This document shows, one piece after another, positions 8,137-18,415 of a stretch of 40,562 nt of DNA; positions within the stretch are counted from its first letter, which is position 1, and every line of letters starts with the position of its first letter. Below the pieces are notes generated by a model that was given only the letters and a program-made list of their open reading frames with translations, searched no databases and was not told the DNA's origin. Both the position numbers and the translations under genes were made by a program. The stretch is from a virus (Duplodnaviria > Caudoviricetes). The DNA lies in the IMG/VR virus record IMGVR_UViG_3300022177_000053, positions 1-40,562 of that record. One strand, written 5' to 3'.

Positions 8137-9669
8137 TCACCCCCACAGCCGGACCCGGCACAGGCCGGGCAAGGCTGGCTCCTTTTCCACCACCACCCCC
8201 AGCCAGCCGGCGTCCATCTCGCCCACCTGGCTCACCACCCGCACCTCATCCCCCATCTTCAAGGTCAGGGCGGCATAGAGGCTCTGGAAGCTGACCAGGT
8301 TGCGCTCCACCCCGTGCATGGCGATCTCGCGCGCGGCCTGGGCCTGGCAATCCTCCAGGCTGGCGATGCCGGTCTTGTACTCGCCCTCGCTGACCTGGGG
8401 ATTGCCCGCGGGCGCGTCGCCGCTGGCCGAGCGGGCGCGGTATTCCTCCCGCAACCAGGCCTTACGGTCTTCGCTGAGGGAATCGGCCGGCCGGGTGTTG
8501 CGGGTCCAGTTGCGATCGCCGGAGACGGTGCAGCGGCTCCACCAGCGCGGGGCCGGCTCGACCTTCACGTCCCAGCACCAGGCCGCGCCATAGGGCGGGC
8601 TGCCGGCGGTGCCGTCATGCACCTCCAGGACCGGTTCCCCGGCCGGCTCCTGGAAAACCCGCAACCCGTAGCGCCCCAGGGCGTCGTCCACCCACCACAG
8701 GGGCAGGCCCAAGGCCAGGTTGTCCAGGGCGGTGCGGATGTCCAGGGCGCTGGTGAGGTAGGCGGCGACAGCGGCCGGCGCGGCGGTCTGCCCGGCGGCA
8801 AAGGCCGCCAAGTCCAGGCCGGCGTCACCCACTCCGGCGAACTGCCGCAGCAGGGCCTCCATCTGGCGCGGGGCCGAGTCCAGGTAGAGCCCGCCCCGCA
8901 CCCAGCCCTGCACATCGCAAGTGACCGACCCCGAGGGCTTGGAGCCCAGGCTGAACTTGCCGTTCGTCAGATCCAGGCTGGTTGGCGAAACCGCCAGGTC
9001 TCCCACCCGGACCTGGCTGATGGCCTGGACCGGGCCGTAGGCGTGGACCTGGTAGGTGTAGGGCGACTCGCTGACCAGCACCGGGGTGACGTTGTTGCAG
9101 GGGCCCAGGGCCAGGGGCTTGACCTTGCCCACCGTGGCCTCTGGGACTCCCTCGTCCTCGCCGTAGGTGTCGGGCGGGGTCTTGATGGTGGTCAGGGCGG
9201 CGGCCGCTCCCAGGATGGGCACCTGGGCCGAAACCAGGTCGTGGGAGACCCGGCCCATGTGTCCCCGGACGGCCACCGCCCAATCCGACCAGGCCAGGTC
9301 CGGCCCGCCCACCAGGCCCATGATCTCGCCCCCGGCCCAGCGATAGCGGTTCAGGGCCTGATACCAGGTCAGGTCCCCGGCCGGCCCCAGCTTGGATCGG
9401 TTGTCCAGGCGCAGTTGCAGGTTGCCGAAGGCCGCCAGGGACCGGCCGTTGGTGGTCTGCTGGGCCTGGTGGGTGATGGTGGGTTCTGCCGAAATGCACT
9501 GCTCGAAGTTGTGGGCGTTGTCCCAGGTGCCCCGCACCGGGGCGCTGTCGCTGATGGGCAGGACGATCTGCGCCCCGTCGCTGCGCCGGGTCAGGGTGCA
9601 AAAGAAGACCACCGCCCGCGCCACGTCGGAGCGGTTGGCCCATTCCCGGAATGCGGCGGTGGTGCTCAT
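8137..9669 (-). CDS. Tail hub / baseplate protein (510 aa)
   Basis: ATGA overlap with the tape measure stop; 'GKVKPLALGPCNNVTPVLV' tail hub-like motif. Confidence 0.65.
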   Translation of the reverse strand: MSTTAAFREWANRSDVARAVVFFCTLTRRSDGAQIVLPISDSAPVRGTWDNAHNFEQCISAEPTITHQAQQTTNGRSLAAFGNLQLRLDNRSKLGPAGDLTWYQALNRYRWAGGEIMGLVGGPDLAWSDWAVAVRGHMGRVSHDLVSAQVPILGAAAALTTIKTPPDTYGEDEGVPEATVGKVKPLALGPCNNVTPVLVSESPYTYQVHAYGPVQAISQVRVGDLAVSPTSLDLTNGKFSLGSKPSGSVTCDVQGWVRGGLYLDSAPRQMEALLRQFAGVGDAGLDLAAFAAGQTAAPAAVAAYLTSALDIRTALDNLALGLPLWWVDDALGRYGLRVFQEPAGEPVLEVHDGTAGSPPYGAAWCWDVKVEPAPRWWSRCTVSGDRNWTRNTRPADSLSEDRKAWLREEYRARSASGDAPAGNPQVSEGEYKTGIASLEDCQAQAAREIAMHGVERNLVSFQSLYAALTLKMGDEVRVVSQVGEMDAGWLGVVVEKEPALPGLCRVRLWG

Positions 9670-12600
9670 GAGTTCCAGTTGGCCTCCATGGAGTTGGAGT
9701 TGCCCGGCCACTCGCCCCGCTCGTTCATGTCGGCCAGGGTCGCGCGCATCCGGCGGTCCGCCGCCGCCGCCATTTCGTTGGGGTCTGAGCCGAACCGGCA
9801 GTTCTGGAAGATGAAGGAAGGCTTGAAGCTGGTGACCTGGCCGCTCTGGCCGGTCGCGGCCGGGGCCGACACCTGGCGCGCGGCCTCGGAGGCCCGCACC
9901 ACCGGCAACCGCATGGCGTTCACCGCCGCCATGAAGTCCTGGCCGTAGTAGTCCACCGCCTGCCGGTTGATCACCCACTCGCCCACCAGGGCGCGAATGT
10001 CAACCTCGCCCGGCTGGGGCGCGGGCCAGCCCAGGCCCAGGCCCGCGTGGGCGTAGAGCGGCACCTCGCCGCCGCCGTGGCGGGTGATCAGGTTGGAGGC
10101 CAGGGACGCCCGGATCATGCCCCCGGAGTGATAGCTGTTGGTCACCCCAGCCCCGAGCTGGCCGTTTTGGCTGTAGTTGACCTTGACGTTGATTTCCTTG
10201 TTGTCCGGCAGGCCCATGATGCTGCGCAGGGTGGCGTCCAGGCCGCTCAAGGTCTCGTTGAGGTCACCCGCCACCTCGGTCAGGTTGGTCATGGGGTCGT
10301 CTTGGATGCCCAGCTCGTCGTGCAGGCCCCGGAGCTCGGCGGCCAGAGCCTCCACCTGCCCGCGCTCCATGGTGTGGGCGTTGGCAAGCTGGGACTTGAT
10401 CTCGTTGTAGCGCTCGTACTTGGCGGTCAGGTCGGCCACGGAGCCGGACTGGCTGATGATCAGGTCGATGAGCTGGCTTTGCTGGTCCTCGTCCAGGCCC
10501 GAGCTGGCGGCCAGGGCGTCGATGGAGTTGGACAGGGCCTTCTTGCGGGCGTCCAGCTCACTCATGCCGTTGGCCAGGTCGTCGGCCAGGCCCTTGCTGA
10601 TGATCCAGGCCGGGTTCAGCTCGTCGCGCACCACCCGGGCGTATTCCTCGGTCCCGGCGGTCAGGCCCGACAGCTTGTCGATGGTGCCGCCGATGATCCC
10701 ACCATAGCCGGCCAGGTAGTCCCCGGACCCGGCCGCCAGGGGGGCCATCTTGCCCACCTCGTCCAGGAAATCGGCTTGGCTGATGGTGCTTTCCTTGAGG
10801 GCCTTGGTGTAGTCCTTGACCCGCTTGGACAGCTCCTCATAGTGGGCGGCGTAGTTACCGGGAATCTCGTAGGGCAGGCGCTTGTCCTCGGAGTCGAACA
10901 GCGAGCCCAGGCCGCCGCCCAGGGCCCCGCCCAGCGCGCCACCCAGCGCCGAACCCAGCACGGCGCCGACTCCGGGGATGGGAATGAGCAGTTGCCCCAG
11001 CATCGCCCCGCCGATGCCGCCGGCGATGCCGCCGCCAGCCCCGCCGATCTGCGCCCCGGTCCCGCTGCCATAGAGCATCTGGGCCAGTTGCCAGCCGGTC
11101 AGGCCGCCGGTGATGCCGGAGCCGAACACGCCGGTCCAGGTCAGGTTGCTGCCCATGGCCCCGGTGCCCCAGCCGGGGATGCTGGGGCCGCCCCAGGCCG
11201 CCGGGTTCACGCCGGCCCACTCACCTCCGGCATAGGTGGCGGGACCAGCCCAGGACGACCCGTTGACCCAGGAAGAGCCCAGGGTGGTCCAGCCACCGCT
11301 GACGAAGGTGTTGTAGGCGTTGTAAAGGCTGCTGGCGTTGCTGGCCAGATTCAGGGCGGAGCCGGCCGCGTCCGTTCCGCCGGCCAGCGAGCCCAGGGCC
11401 CCGCCCAGGCTGGGCATCACCGCCAGGATCAGGTTGGACAGGCCATAGGTGGCCAGCCGGGCCGCGATGGCTCCTATGGCCTGCAAAGCGATGTTTTGGG
11501 CCGATTCCCACAGCCCGGTCCAGATGGTGTCGATATCCTGGGCCGCGGCCTTGAACACGCTCACCAGGTCGGACTGGATGCCGGACAGCGCGTTCTCGCC
11601 GATCTTGTCCCAGCCCTCGTAAAAGTCCGCCTGCTCCAGGAGCATCCGCTCCAGGCCGGTCTGGTGAATCTCCACCCGCTTGTTGGCGATGAGCTGGGCC
11701 TGCTCAAGTTCGGTGTAGCCGGAGTGCTTGAGCGAGAGAATGTACTTCTCCAGCTCCAGCTCCTTGGCCCGGCGGGAGTCGCCGGCCAGGCGGGCGGTCT
11801 GGGCGGCGATCTCCAGGCCGCTTTGCTTTTCCTTGAGCGCCTGCTTGTCCCGCTGCCGGTCGGCGTAGGCGTCGAACTGCGCCAGGAGGGTTTGGGCCTG
11901 GGCCTGGTATTCCTTTTTGTCCGCGATCTTTTGTTCCAGGGCCCGCCGTTCACGCTTGAGGCTATCCTCCAGGCTGGCTTCTTCCTTGGCCGCGCCTTCC
12001 TCCATCCAGGAAAGCTGAAGCGCTTGAATTTCCTGGAGCAGGTCTAGCTTGGCGCGCTCGGCTTCCCGGATTTTAGCCAGGTTCTCAAGGCGGCGCTTGG
12101 TCCGCTCGTCGTCAGAGAGTTGCAGGAGGGGCAACAGCTCCAACTCAGCCCGGTAAGCCGCAATCAGGGAGTCCTGATCAGCAAGGCCCAGGTTCACATT
12201 GGCCTGGACTATGGCCTGGCGCTCGTGCACCCCCTGGAGCTTGAGGTCGGTGATGGCCTTTTCGGTGGCCAGGTATTGCTGGCGGGTGCGCTCGCCCCCG
12301 GCCGCGTAGACCGCCGCCTCGGCCGTCAGGTTGGCCAGGACCTGCTCCCGGCTGGCCTGGCCCAGGTCGTACATCCCCCGCACCATCTCGGTGCGGGTCT
12401 TGGCGATCTCCGGCCCCAGGGTCGCCCGTTGGGCATCACCCCAGGCGGTGATGGAATCCAGGCCAGCCTGGGTCATCTCAAGGGGCAAATTCCGAGCCCA
12501 CAGGTCCAGGCTTTTATCCAGCTCGGCCTGGTTGATGTCGTATAGCTTGGCCTGCACCGGGTTCATGCCAGCCTTGGCCAGCATGGCGGTGGTTTCGGCC

Positions 12601-14618
12601 TGGAGCTTGGTCAGGTCCTTGTAGGTGTCGCTGATGTCCTTGGAGGACCAGGCCAGCTTGACTTCGGCCGGGACGGCTACGGCGGCCTTGGTCGCCCCGG
12701 TCAGGGCGGCCTCGATGGCGGCCCTGGTCTCGGGAGCGATTCCCTTGATCTTGCCAAAGACCTGCAACACCCCTTCCAGGGCCGTGGCCAGCTCCTTGGA
12801 TTCCTCGGCATGCCCGGGGTCGAGCAGCGGGATTTCGCGCACCGTCAACAGGTTCCTTATCACCTGCTGAGTGGTGGTGGTGATCTCCTCAAGCTTGCTC
12901 TTGTTGAAAAACCACGACTCGGGAAGAAGGCTGTTCTCCAGGCTGATGGTGGCCCTGGCGGCGAGCGCCCGGGCATTGTCCATGGCCTCCCGGATTTTCT
13001 TGAGCGCCGCTTCGTTTTGGGTGTTGAGCAGTGACTTGTTCAGCTCGATTTCGGCGCGTAGCTTGGCCAGCATGACGTCGCGATGCTGGTTGACGTTGGC
13101 GATGCCCTGCGCCGTGGTCTGGTAGTTGCCGGCCAGGCTGGGATACAGGCGGTTCAAATCGTCCAGGGCCGCCTTTTCCTTGCCCTGGTTTCCGTCAGCC
13201 CTGGTCAAGGCATCGTCGTAGGACTGCAAGGCCTTGGTCAGCTCGGCCACGTCCTTCTGGGCCTTCTGGTGGGCGTCAGCGGCGGCCTTGATCTCCTGGG
13301 AGACTTCCGCCGCTTCCTTGGCATAATCCCCAGCCGACTTGTGCAGGGCGTAATATGCCGTCACCAGGGCCGCCACCCCGATAGCGGCGGTGGTGGCCGG
13401 GTTTGCGGCCATCAATGCCCACAAGCTGGCCAGTTTGGTGCGCAGGCCTTCGGTTGCGAATTTCAGGGCCAGGGTGGCGGCCTCGGCCTGAGTAAAGCCG
13501 TTGCGCTGGAGCATGGTGAAGGTCTTGACCGCGTCGGTCACCTCGCCCACGCCGGATTTCATGCCCCCCAGGGCGGTGCTGATTCCCAGGACCGCCTTTT
13601 CCACCAGGCCCAACTCGGCTGCTTTCATGCCGGCGGCCCAGAAACTCTCGGCTCGGAACATTGCCCAGGCGGTGCTGGCCATGCCCAGGGCCACCGCCAG
13701 GGCGTCCAGGTGGTTGACCGTGAAGGCCACGGCGTTGCCCACCGTGGCCAAGGCTCCCTGCACCGTGGACGAGGCCACCGTCTCGGTGAACCCCTTCATG
13801 CTCAGGGTGGCATGCTCGATGATGCTGGTCAGGGCCGGGCCGAAGGCCTTGCCCAGCTCGACCTGCATGTCCTCCCAATAGCGGGCGAAGGACAGCATTT
13901 GCTTACCGGCGGTGCCCATCGCCGCCTCGTAGGTGCCGGCGATGTTCTTGCCCGCCTCCAGGACCGCGTTCAGCCGGATTTGGGCCTTTTCGGCCTCGCC
14001 CAGGCTGTCGGCGGTGCGGCCGGTCTGGGCCGCCACGGCGGCGTAGCTCTGCTCGAAGGAGACGTTGAGCCCCACCGTGCGCAGCATCTCCACCTGGGCC
14101 GATTGGATGCCATAGACCAGGTGTTGATAGGCCTCGGTGGAGTTGATGCCGGCCACCGCCGCCGCGTCCTGGGCCACCCGGGCGAGCTGGGAGGCCTTGG
14201 ACAGGTCCAGGTTGGCCTGCATCATCCTGGCCAGGGACTCCCGCGCCCCGATGGCCGAAATGCCGGTCTTGCGCAAGGCTCCTTCCTGGGCCTCCAGGAA
14301 GCTGGCCGAGTAGCCGGCGTTCTTGCCCAGGTTGTTGAGGGTGGCCCCCAGGGTCTCGTAACGCGCGGCCAGCATCACCGCGTTCTTGGCCAGGTCCACG
14401 AGCTGGAACCCGCCATAGAGGCCCAGGGCCGCGCCGGCCAGCTTGAAGGTGTTGACCAGGCCTCCGGTGGCCGCGTCCAGGAGGCCGGTTCCCCGGGAGG
14501 CCTCCTGGGCGTCCTGGCTCACCTGCTGGAAGGTCTTTTTAGCGGTGCGGCCATAGTTGTCAAAAGCCGGCCCGCTCTCGTCCCTGGCCCCCAGGATCAT
14601 CTCAATCCTAGTGGCCAT
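9666..14618 (-). CDS. Tape measure protein (1650 aa)
   Basis: Very long Ala-rich helical ORF with Gly-rich hydrophobic segments, directly after the chaperone genes. Confidence 0.9.
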   Translation of the reverse strand: MATRIEMILGARDESGPAFDNYGRTAKKTFQQVSQDAQEASRGTGLLDAATGGLVNTFKLAGAALGLYGGFQLVDLAKNAVMLAARYETLGATLNNLGKNAGYSASFLEAQEGALRKTGISAIGARESLARMMQANLDLSKASQLARVAQDAAAVAGINSTEAYQHLVYGIQSAQVEMLRTVGLNVSFEQSYAAVAAQTGRTADSLGEAEKAQIRLNAVLEAGKNIAGTYEAAMGTAGKQMLSFARYWEDMQVELGKAFGPALTSIIEHATLSMKGFTETVASSTVQGALATVGNAVAFTVNHLDALAVALGMASTAWAMFRAESFWAAGMKAAELGLVEKAVLGISTALGGMKSGVGEVTDAVKTFTMLQRNGFTQAEAATLALKFATEGLRTKLASLWALMAANPATTAAIGVAALVTAYYALHKSAGDYAKEAAEVSQEIKAAADAHQKAQKDVAELTKALQSYDDALTRADGNQGKEKAALDDLNRLYPSLAGNYQTTAQGIANVNQHRDVMLAKLRAEIELNKSLLNTQNEAALKKIREAMDNARALAARATISLENSLLPESWFFNKSKLEEITTTTQQVIRNLLTVREIPLLDPGHAEESKELATALEGVLQVFGKIKGIAPETRAAIEAALTGATKAAVAVPAEVKLAWSSKDISDTYKDLTKLQAETTAMLAKAGMNPVQAKLYDINQAELDKSLDLWARNLPLEMTQAGLDSITAWGDAQRATLGPEIAKTRTEMVRGMYDLGQASREQVLANLTAEAAVYAAGGERTRQQYLATEKAITDLKLQGVHERQAIVQANVNLGLADQDSLIAAYRAELELLPLLQLSDDERTKRRLENLAKIREAERAKLDLLQEIQALQLSWMEEGAAKEEASLEDSLKRERRALEQKIADKKEYQAQAQTLLAQFDAYADRQRDKQALKEKQSGLEIAAQTARLAGDSRRAKELELEKYILSLKHSGYTELEQAQLIANKRVEIHQTGLERMLLEQADFYEGWDKIGENALSGIQSDLVSVFKAAAQDIDTIWTGLWESAQNIALQAIGAIAARLATYGLSNLILAVMPSLGGALGSLAGGTDAAGSALNLASNASSLYNAYNTFVSGGWTTLGSSWVNGSSWAGPATYAGGEWAGVNPAAWGGPSIPGWGTGAMGSNLTWTGVFGSGITGGLTGWQLAQMLYGSGTGAQIGGAGGGIAGGIGGAMLGQLLIPIPGVGAVLGSALGGALGGALGGGLGSLFDSEDKRLPYEIPGNYAAHYEELSKRVKDYTKALKESTISQADFLDEVGKMAPLAAGSGDYLAGYGGIIGGTIDKLSGLTAGTEEYARVVRDELNPAWIISKGLADDLANGMSELDARKKALSNSIDALAASSGLDEDQQSQLIDLIISQSGSVADLTAKYERYNEIKSQLANAHTMERGQVEALAAELRGLHDELGIQDDPMTNLTEVAGDLNETLSGLDATLRSIMGLPDNKEINVKVNYSQNGQLGAGVTNSYHSGGMIRASLASNLITRHGGGEVPLYAHAGLGLGWPAPQPGEVDIRALVGEWVINRQAVDYYGQDFMAAVNAMRLPVVRASEAARQVSAPAATGQSGQVTSFKPSFIFQNCRFGSDPNEMAAAADRRMRATLADMNERGEWPGNSNSMEANWNS

Positions 14619-14988
14619 CAGACACGCACTCCCCCACCACGCGGTGGATCAGCTTGAGCTGGCGCACCAAGAGGCCCCAATCCGGCGGGCGATAGCCCAG
14701 CCGCCGCGCCACGGCGCAGACCGCCGGCAGGTCCAGGGGCGGCCAGGCGGGGGGTCTGCTGATCACCCCGCCCGGCCCCACCGCCAGCACCGTTTGGCCC
14801 GGCCGCACCTGGTCGCAGACCTGGGGATACAGCTCCCAGGCCTGGCGATTGAGGGGCAGCAGCGGTTCGAGGTGCTCGCATGATTGACAGTCCGGCTCTT
14901 GGTTGATGGCTTCCTTGATCTCCCGGCAGCGCCCGCAGGCTACTCGGCCGGGGCGGGCCCAGTAACGGGCCCACTGGGCAAGTTTTTT
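14608..14988 (-). CDS. Tail assembly chaperone, -1 frameshift extension (gpGT-like)
   Basis: The -1 frame is open from the slippery site to TAG 14608: KKLAQWARYW...CGRC...DCQSC...NRQAWELYPQVCDQ...ECVSDGH. Confidence 0.75.
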   Translation of the reverse strand, partial: KKLAQWARYWARPGRVACGRCREIKEAINQEPDCQSCEHLEPLLPLNRQAWELYPQVCDQVRPGQTVLAVGPGGVISRPPAWPPLDLPAVCAVARRLGYRPPDWGLLVRQLKLIHRVVGECVSDGH

Positions 14989-15437
14989 TCCGCGCCCTCC
15001 AGGGCCTCTGAGAAGTTGGCCGCGCTCAAGGCGCTGTTCAACACGGTGCGATAAAGCATTTCATTATTAACGAGCAATGTCCTAGCGCCCTCGGCCGAGT
15101 AGACGACCTTTTCCTCCTTCTGCTCCTCGCTCAGATCGTCGATGCGCAGCCAGAACATGCGGCTGACCTTGCGCACGGTGAGGCCTTCCCAGCCCACCAC
15201 ATGCTCGGAGACAAGCTCGGCCATCTTTTCGTCGTCGTCCAATTCCAGCTTTTGGTGTTCGACGTAGGTGATCTTCTTCGCCCGGCGCAGCATGGACCGA
15301 AAACGTTCCTTGCTGATGTGGGTCAGGGTGAGGGTGAAGATGCCCAAAAAGTTCAAGGTGGTGGTCAGAACCTCGTCTTCGCCAATTTGGCGGGACTGGA
15401 TCAGCTCGGCCAGGGACATTCCGGTAACCGGGGGCAT
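14940..15437 (-). CDS. Tail assembly chaperone (gpG-like)
   Basis: Lies between the tail tube and tape measure genes; AAGGAG RBS; 'VVGWEGL' motif; slippery site near the 3' end. Confidence 0.8.
   Translation of the reverse strand: MPPVTGMSLAELIQSRQIGEDEVLTTTLNFLGIFTLTLTHISKERFRSMLRRAKKITYVEHQKLELDDDEKMAELVSEHVVGWEGLTVRKVSRMFWLRIDDLSEEQKEEKVVYSAEGARTLLVNNEMLYRTVLNSALSAANFSEALEGAEKNLPSGPVTGPAPAE
14982..14988 (-). promoter_or_regulatory. -1 ribosomal frameshift heptamer A AAA AAC
   Basis: GAA AAA AAC in frame (E-K-N), X XXY YYZ form. Confidence 0.8.
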
Positions 15438-15473
15438 GGCTCTCTCCTTGGCGGGGCGCGGGGCCCCGCTGGC

Positions 15474-16634
15474 TTACTGGTAGGTGAAAAGGATTTCGTC
15501 TTCGCCGGCGGCCGAGGCGATGGCCGCTAACTCCAGGGGCAGCTCCAGGGGCGCGGTGCCGGAGAGCTCCGGGGTGTTGACCTCGCAGCGGGCCAGGTTC
15601 ACCAGCATCTTCTGGCCGGCCACCGCCCCGCCGCCCAGGGTCAGCGCGGCCCGGGCCTGGTTCTTGGCCTGGCGGAAGAAGGCCAGGTGCTTGCCCTCGA
15701 AGAAAACCTTGCAGCTCGCCTTGACCGTGCGCAGGTCGGCCACGTAGCCCTGGAGGGCGTAGGGGTCCGCCGTGTTGACCACGTTGTCCAACAGCTTGAT
15801 GGCCCGGCTGAGGCTCACGCTCCACTCGGTCACCGGCAGCTCCACCCCGTCGATCAGCACCGGGCAGACCCGGCCGGTGAGCACCTGGCCCGGCAGGCTG
15901 TGGGTGGGCAGCCAACCCTTGACCACCGCCGCCGCGGCCGGGGCCGAGGGCAGAGCCGGGCTGACGGTGATGGTGTCGGCATCCTCGTCGTAGGCGGTCA
16001 CCGCGTAGCCAGCCCCGGCGTTGGTCTCGGCCCCCACCTGCACCCGCGCGCCCAGGTCGAAGAGCTTGGCCCCGCCAGCGGCCAGCTTGAGGACCGTGGT
16101 GGTGCTGTCGGCCACGGTCTCGGCCCGGCCGGCGCTCAGCACCGCCCGGCACTTGCCGCTGGCCTCCAGGCGCACCGCGCCCTTGGGGCCGCCGTTGATC
16201 TTCAGCTCCTCGATCACCAGGCCGGCGATCCACTGGGTCAGGTTCGCGCCCACCCCGTAGGCCAGGGACAAGGACGGCACCTGGATCGCCGGGGAATAGA
16301 CCACGCTGGCCCCGGCGTTGATGGTCTCGATGCCGGTGGCGGCCTTGATCAGGGGGGCCTCGGCCGGGGGAGCGCCCAGGGCTCCGCTGGGCCGGGCGTA
16401 GAGCGAGAAGCTGACGCTGCCGGCCGGGGTCATGTCCCGGAAGCGCTGGGGCAGGGAGGCGGTGGCCCGCTTTTCCTCGCTGTCGCTGAAACTCTCGGGC
16501 TGGCTGGCCTTGGGCAGGCCCAGGAGCCCGATGCTGTGGGCGCTGGTGAACTCGGCCAGGGCGCCGAAGCCCGTCTCCAGGGCCAGGAACCCGGACAGCT
16601 CACGGTCCAGGGATAGCTTGCTGGTGTCGATCAT
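15474..16634 (-). CDS. Major tail tube protein
   Basis: 386 aa, between the tail terminator-like gene and the chaperone; beta-rich with an inserted accessory domain. Confidence 0.75.
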   Translation of the reverse strand: MIDTSKLSLDRELSGFLALETGFGALAEFTSAHSIGLLGLPKASQPESFSDSEEKRATASLPQRFRDMTPAGSVSFSLYARPSGALGAPPAEAPLIKAATGIETINAGASVVYSPAIQVPSLSLAYGVGANLTQWIAGLVIEELKINGGPKGAVRLEASGKCRAVLSAGRAETVADSTTTVLKLAAGGAKLFDLGARVQVGAETNAGAGYAVTAYDEDADTITVSPALPSAPAAAAVVKGWLPTHSLPGQVLTGRVCPVLIDGVELPVTEWSVSLSRAIKLLDNVVNTADPYALQGYVADLRTVKASCKVFFEGKHLAFFRQAKNQARAALTLGGGAVAGQKMLVNLARCEVNTPELSGTAPLELPLELAAIASAAGEDEILFTYQ

Positions 16635-16694
16635 GGCCTAAGCCTCGCCTTCCTGGCCCTCGCGGGGCCTTGGGGGTGAACGCGGTTGGATGAC

Positions 16695-16910
16695 CTATTT
16701 CGGCGCGCCGAAATCCTCGTCTTCCGGGGCCGTGGGGATGATCTCCGTGACAGCCGGGGTCGGCTCCGGCGCGGCGGCCACCGCCGGCTCCCAGCCCGGG
16801 CCGGTCAGGCCGGCGGCCAGATGGTCGGGCACCTCCAGGGTGCCGCCGGCCTGGGCCTCGCCCGCCCCGACCACCGCCTGGGGCGCGGCCGATTTGTTGC
16901 GCATCAACAT
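16695..16910 (-). CDS. Small hypothetical protein
   Basis: GGAGG RBS; 71-aa ORF in the operon direction. Confidence 0.5.
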   Translation of the reverse strand: MLMRNKSAAPQAVVGAGEAQAGGTLEVPDHLAAGLTGPGWEPAVAAAPEPTPAVTEIIPTAPEDEDFGAPK

Positions 16911-16919
16911 GGCTCCCTC

Positions 16920-17363
16920 CTAGTTGGGAAACTGGTAGGTGACCAGGTAGGTCTGGACCACGGCGGCCAGGGTGTAGCTCCCCTCGGTCACCGGCGGGGG
17001 AAACTCGGTGCCGGCCAGGATCGTCTCCCTGACCAGGCCGCCCTGGGTCTCGTCGGCCTGCACCACCTGCTCAATGGCCAGGTCCAGGGCGTCCAGAATG
17101 GCGTCCAGGGTTTGGCCAGGCAGGGGCGCGGCCACCGCCTCGATCTTCAGCTCCAGCACCCGGCGATAGCGCCGCACCGGGCCGGTCTCCTGGATTTCCT
17201 CGGGGGCTTCCTCGCCCGGCCGGACCAGGATTGCGGGCAGCTCCTCGGGCGGCACCCGCTGGGCCGCGTCCGGGTCCTTGAAGACCCTGACCCCGGCCAG
17301 GGCCTCGTGGGCGGCCAGGCGGTCCACCAGGCTTTGAATGATCAGGCTGCGCTGGTGGCTCAT
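16920..17363 (-). CDS. Tail terminator / completion protein
   Basis: 147 aa acidic protein, 'ELPAILV', 'LDALDLAIEQVV'; canonical position. Confidence 0.65.
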   Translation of the reverse strand: MSHQRSLIIQSLVDRLAAHEALAGVRVFKDPDAAQRVPPEELPAILVRPGEEAPEEIQETGPVRRYRRVLELKIEAVAAPLPGQTLDAILDALDLAIEQVVQADETQGGLVRETILAGTEFPPPVTEGSYTLAAVVQTYLVTYQFPN

Positions 17364-17695
17364 CGCCGCACCTGCAAGACCAGCAGGCGCTTGCCCGGGC
17401 CGGCGGGCTGGGTCTCGGCTACGCGGAAGTCACCGCCGACGATGCCCAGGCGGGGGTTGGGCTCCAGGCGCAGGGGGGTTCCCGGGCCGGCGTCGGCCAC
17501 CTGGTCGGCCCGGCAGACAAGGATCAGGCGCGATCCCGCCACCCGGGCCTCGGACAGCCGCCCCTCCTGGGGGGTTTCCGCGAAGATCCCGGCGATGGTC
17601 CGCTGCCGGTCCTCGCCCGGCCAGAGGACCGCCGGGGTGGCGAGCTCCTCCGGGTTGAAGATCAGCTCCAGGTCGGCCAGGGGCTCGAAGGTCAT
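17360..17695 (-). CDS. Head-tail joining protein (gpFII-like)
   Basis: 111 aa; 'IFNPEELA...TIAGIF' pattern; ATGA overlaps. Confidence 0.6.
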   Translation of the reverse strand: MTFEPLADLELIFNPEELATPAVLWPGEDRQRTIAGIFAETPQEGRLSEARVAGSRLILVCRADQVADAGPGTPLRLEPNPRLGIVGGDFRVAETQPAGPGKRLLVLQVRR

Positions 17696-18405
17696 GCGCC
17701 GTTCTCCTTCCTCAGGTACTTGGCCTTGCGCTCGATGCCCTCCAGGATCACGTAGGCCTCGTGATGCAGGCGCTCGGCCAGGCGCTTGCGGGCCTCCACC
17801 TCCAGGCGCTCCAGGGTCGGCCGGTCCAGGACCTCGGCCGGGGAGGGGCCATGCAGGATGCCAAACGCCTCGCGGCGCTTGCCCGTCTCCTGGTCCAGGT
17901 AGAAGCGGCCGGTGCGCTTGACCACCTCGTAGGGCATGCCGGTGCGGTTGCTGCTGGAAGGCCAGGCCTTCTTGCGGTCCACGATGAAGGAGCCGGGTAT
18001 CACCTGATGCACGGCAAAGCCCGAGGCCCCCTGGCGAAGATCCAGCATCACCGCCACCCCCACCGGCGGCCGCTGATACCAGCCCCGCCGGGTGTAGGGG
18101 AAGTTGGTGCCCGGCACCGGCTTGAACCAGGACAAGGCGATGGGCCGGCCCTGGAGCCAGACCTTGCCGGTGGGGTCGGCCACCGTCGCCAGGCGGATGC
18201 CTGTGGCCCCCCGCACCGTGCCGGCCTTGAGCGGCAGCACCCGGCGCACCTCGTCCACCATCTGGTTGCGCAAGAGTTGCCCGGTGCGGTTCACCGCCCG
18301 GGCCATGGCCTTGGGCAAGCCATTGCGCACCTGGGCCAAGGCCTGGGCATGCTCTTCCAGCGTCCCGGCTTCGAGCTTCGCACTGAGGATGAGGCTGCCG
18401 CTCAA
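17692..18405 (-). CDS. Minor tail / neck protein (gpZ-like)
   Basis: Basic protein with 'KAMARAVNRT' and 'LHGPS' motifs of lambda gpZ-like proteins; TTG start after GGAG. Confidence 0.7.
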   Translation of the reverse strand: MSGSLILSAKLEAGTLEEHAQALAQVRNGLPKAMARAVNRTGQLLRNQMVDEVRRVLPLKAGTVRGATGIRLATVADPTGKVWLQGRPIALSWFKPVPGTNFPYTRRGWYQRPPVGVAVMLDLRQGASGFAVHQVIPGSFIVDRKKAWPSSSNRTGMPYEVVKRTGRFYLDQETGKRREAFGILHGPSPAEVLDRPTLERLEVEARKRLAERLHHEAYVILEGIERKAKYLRKENGA

Positions 18406-18415
18406 GGTCGTTCTC

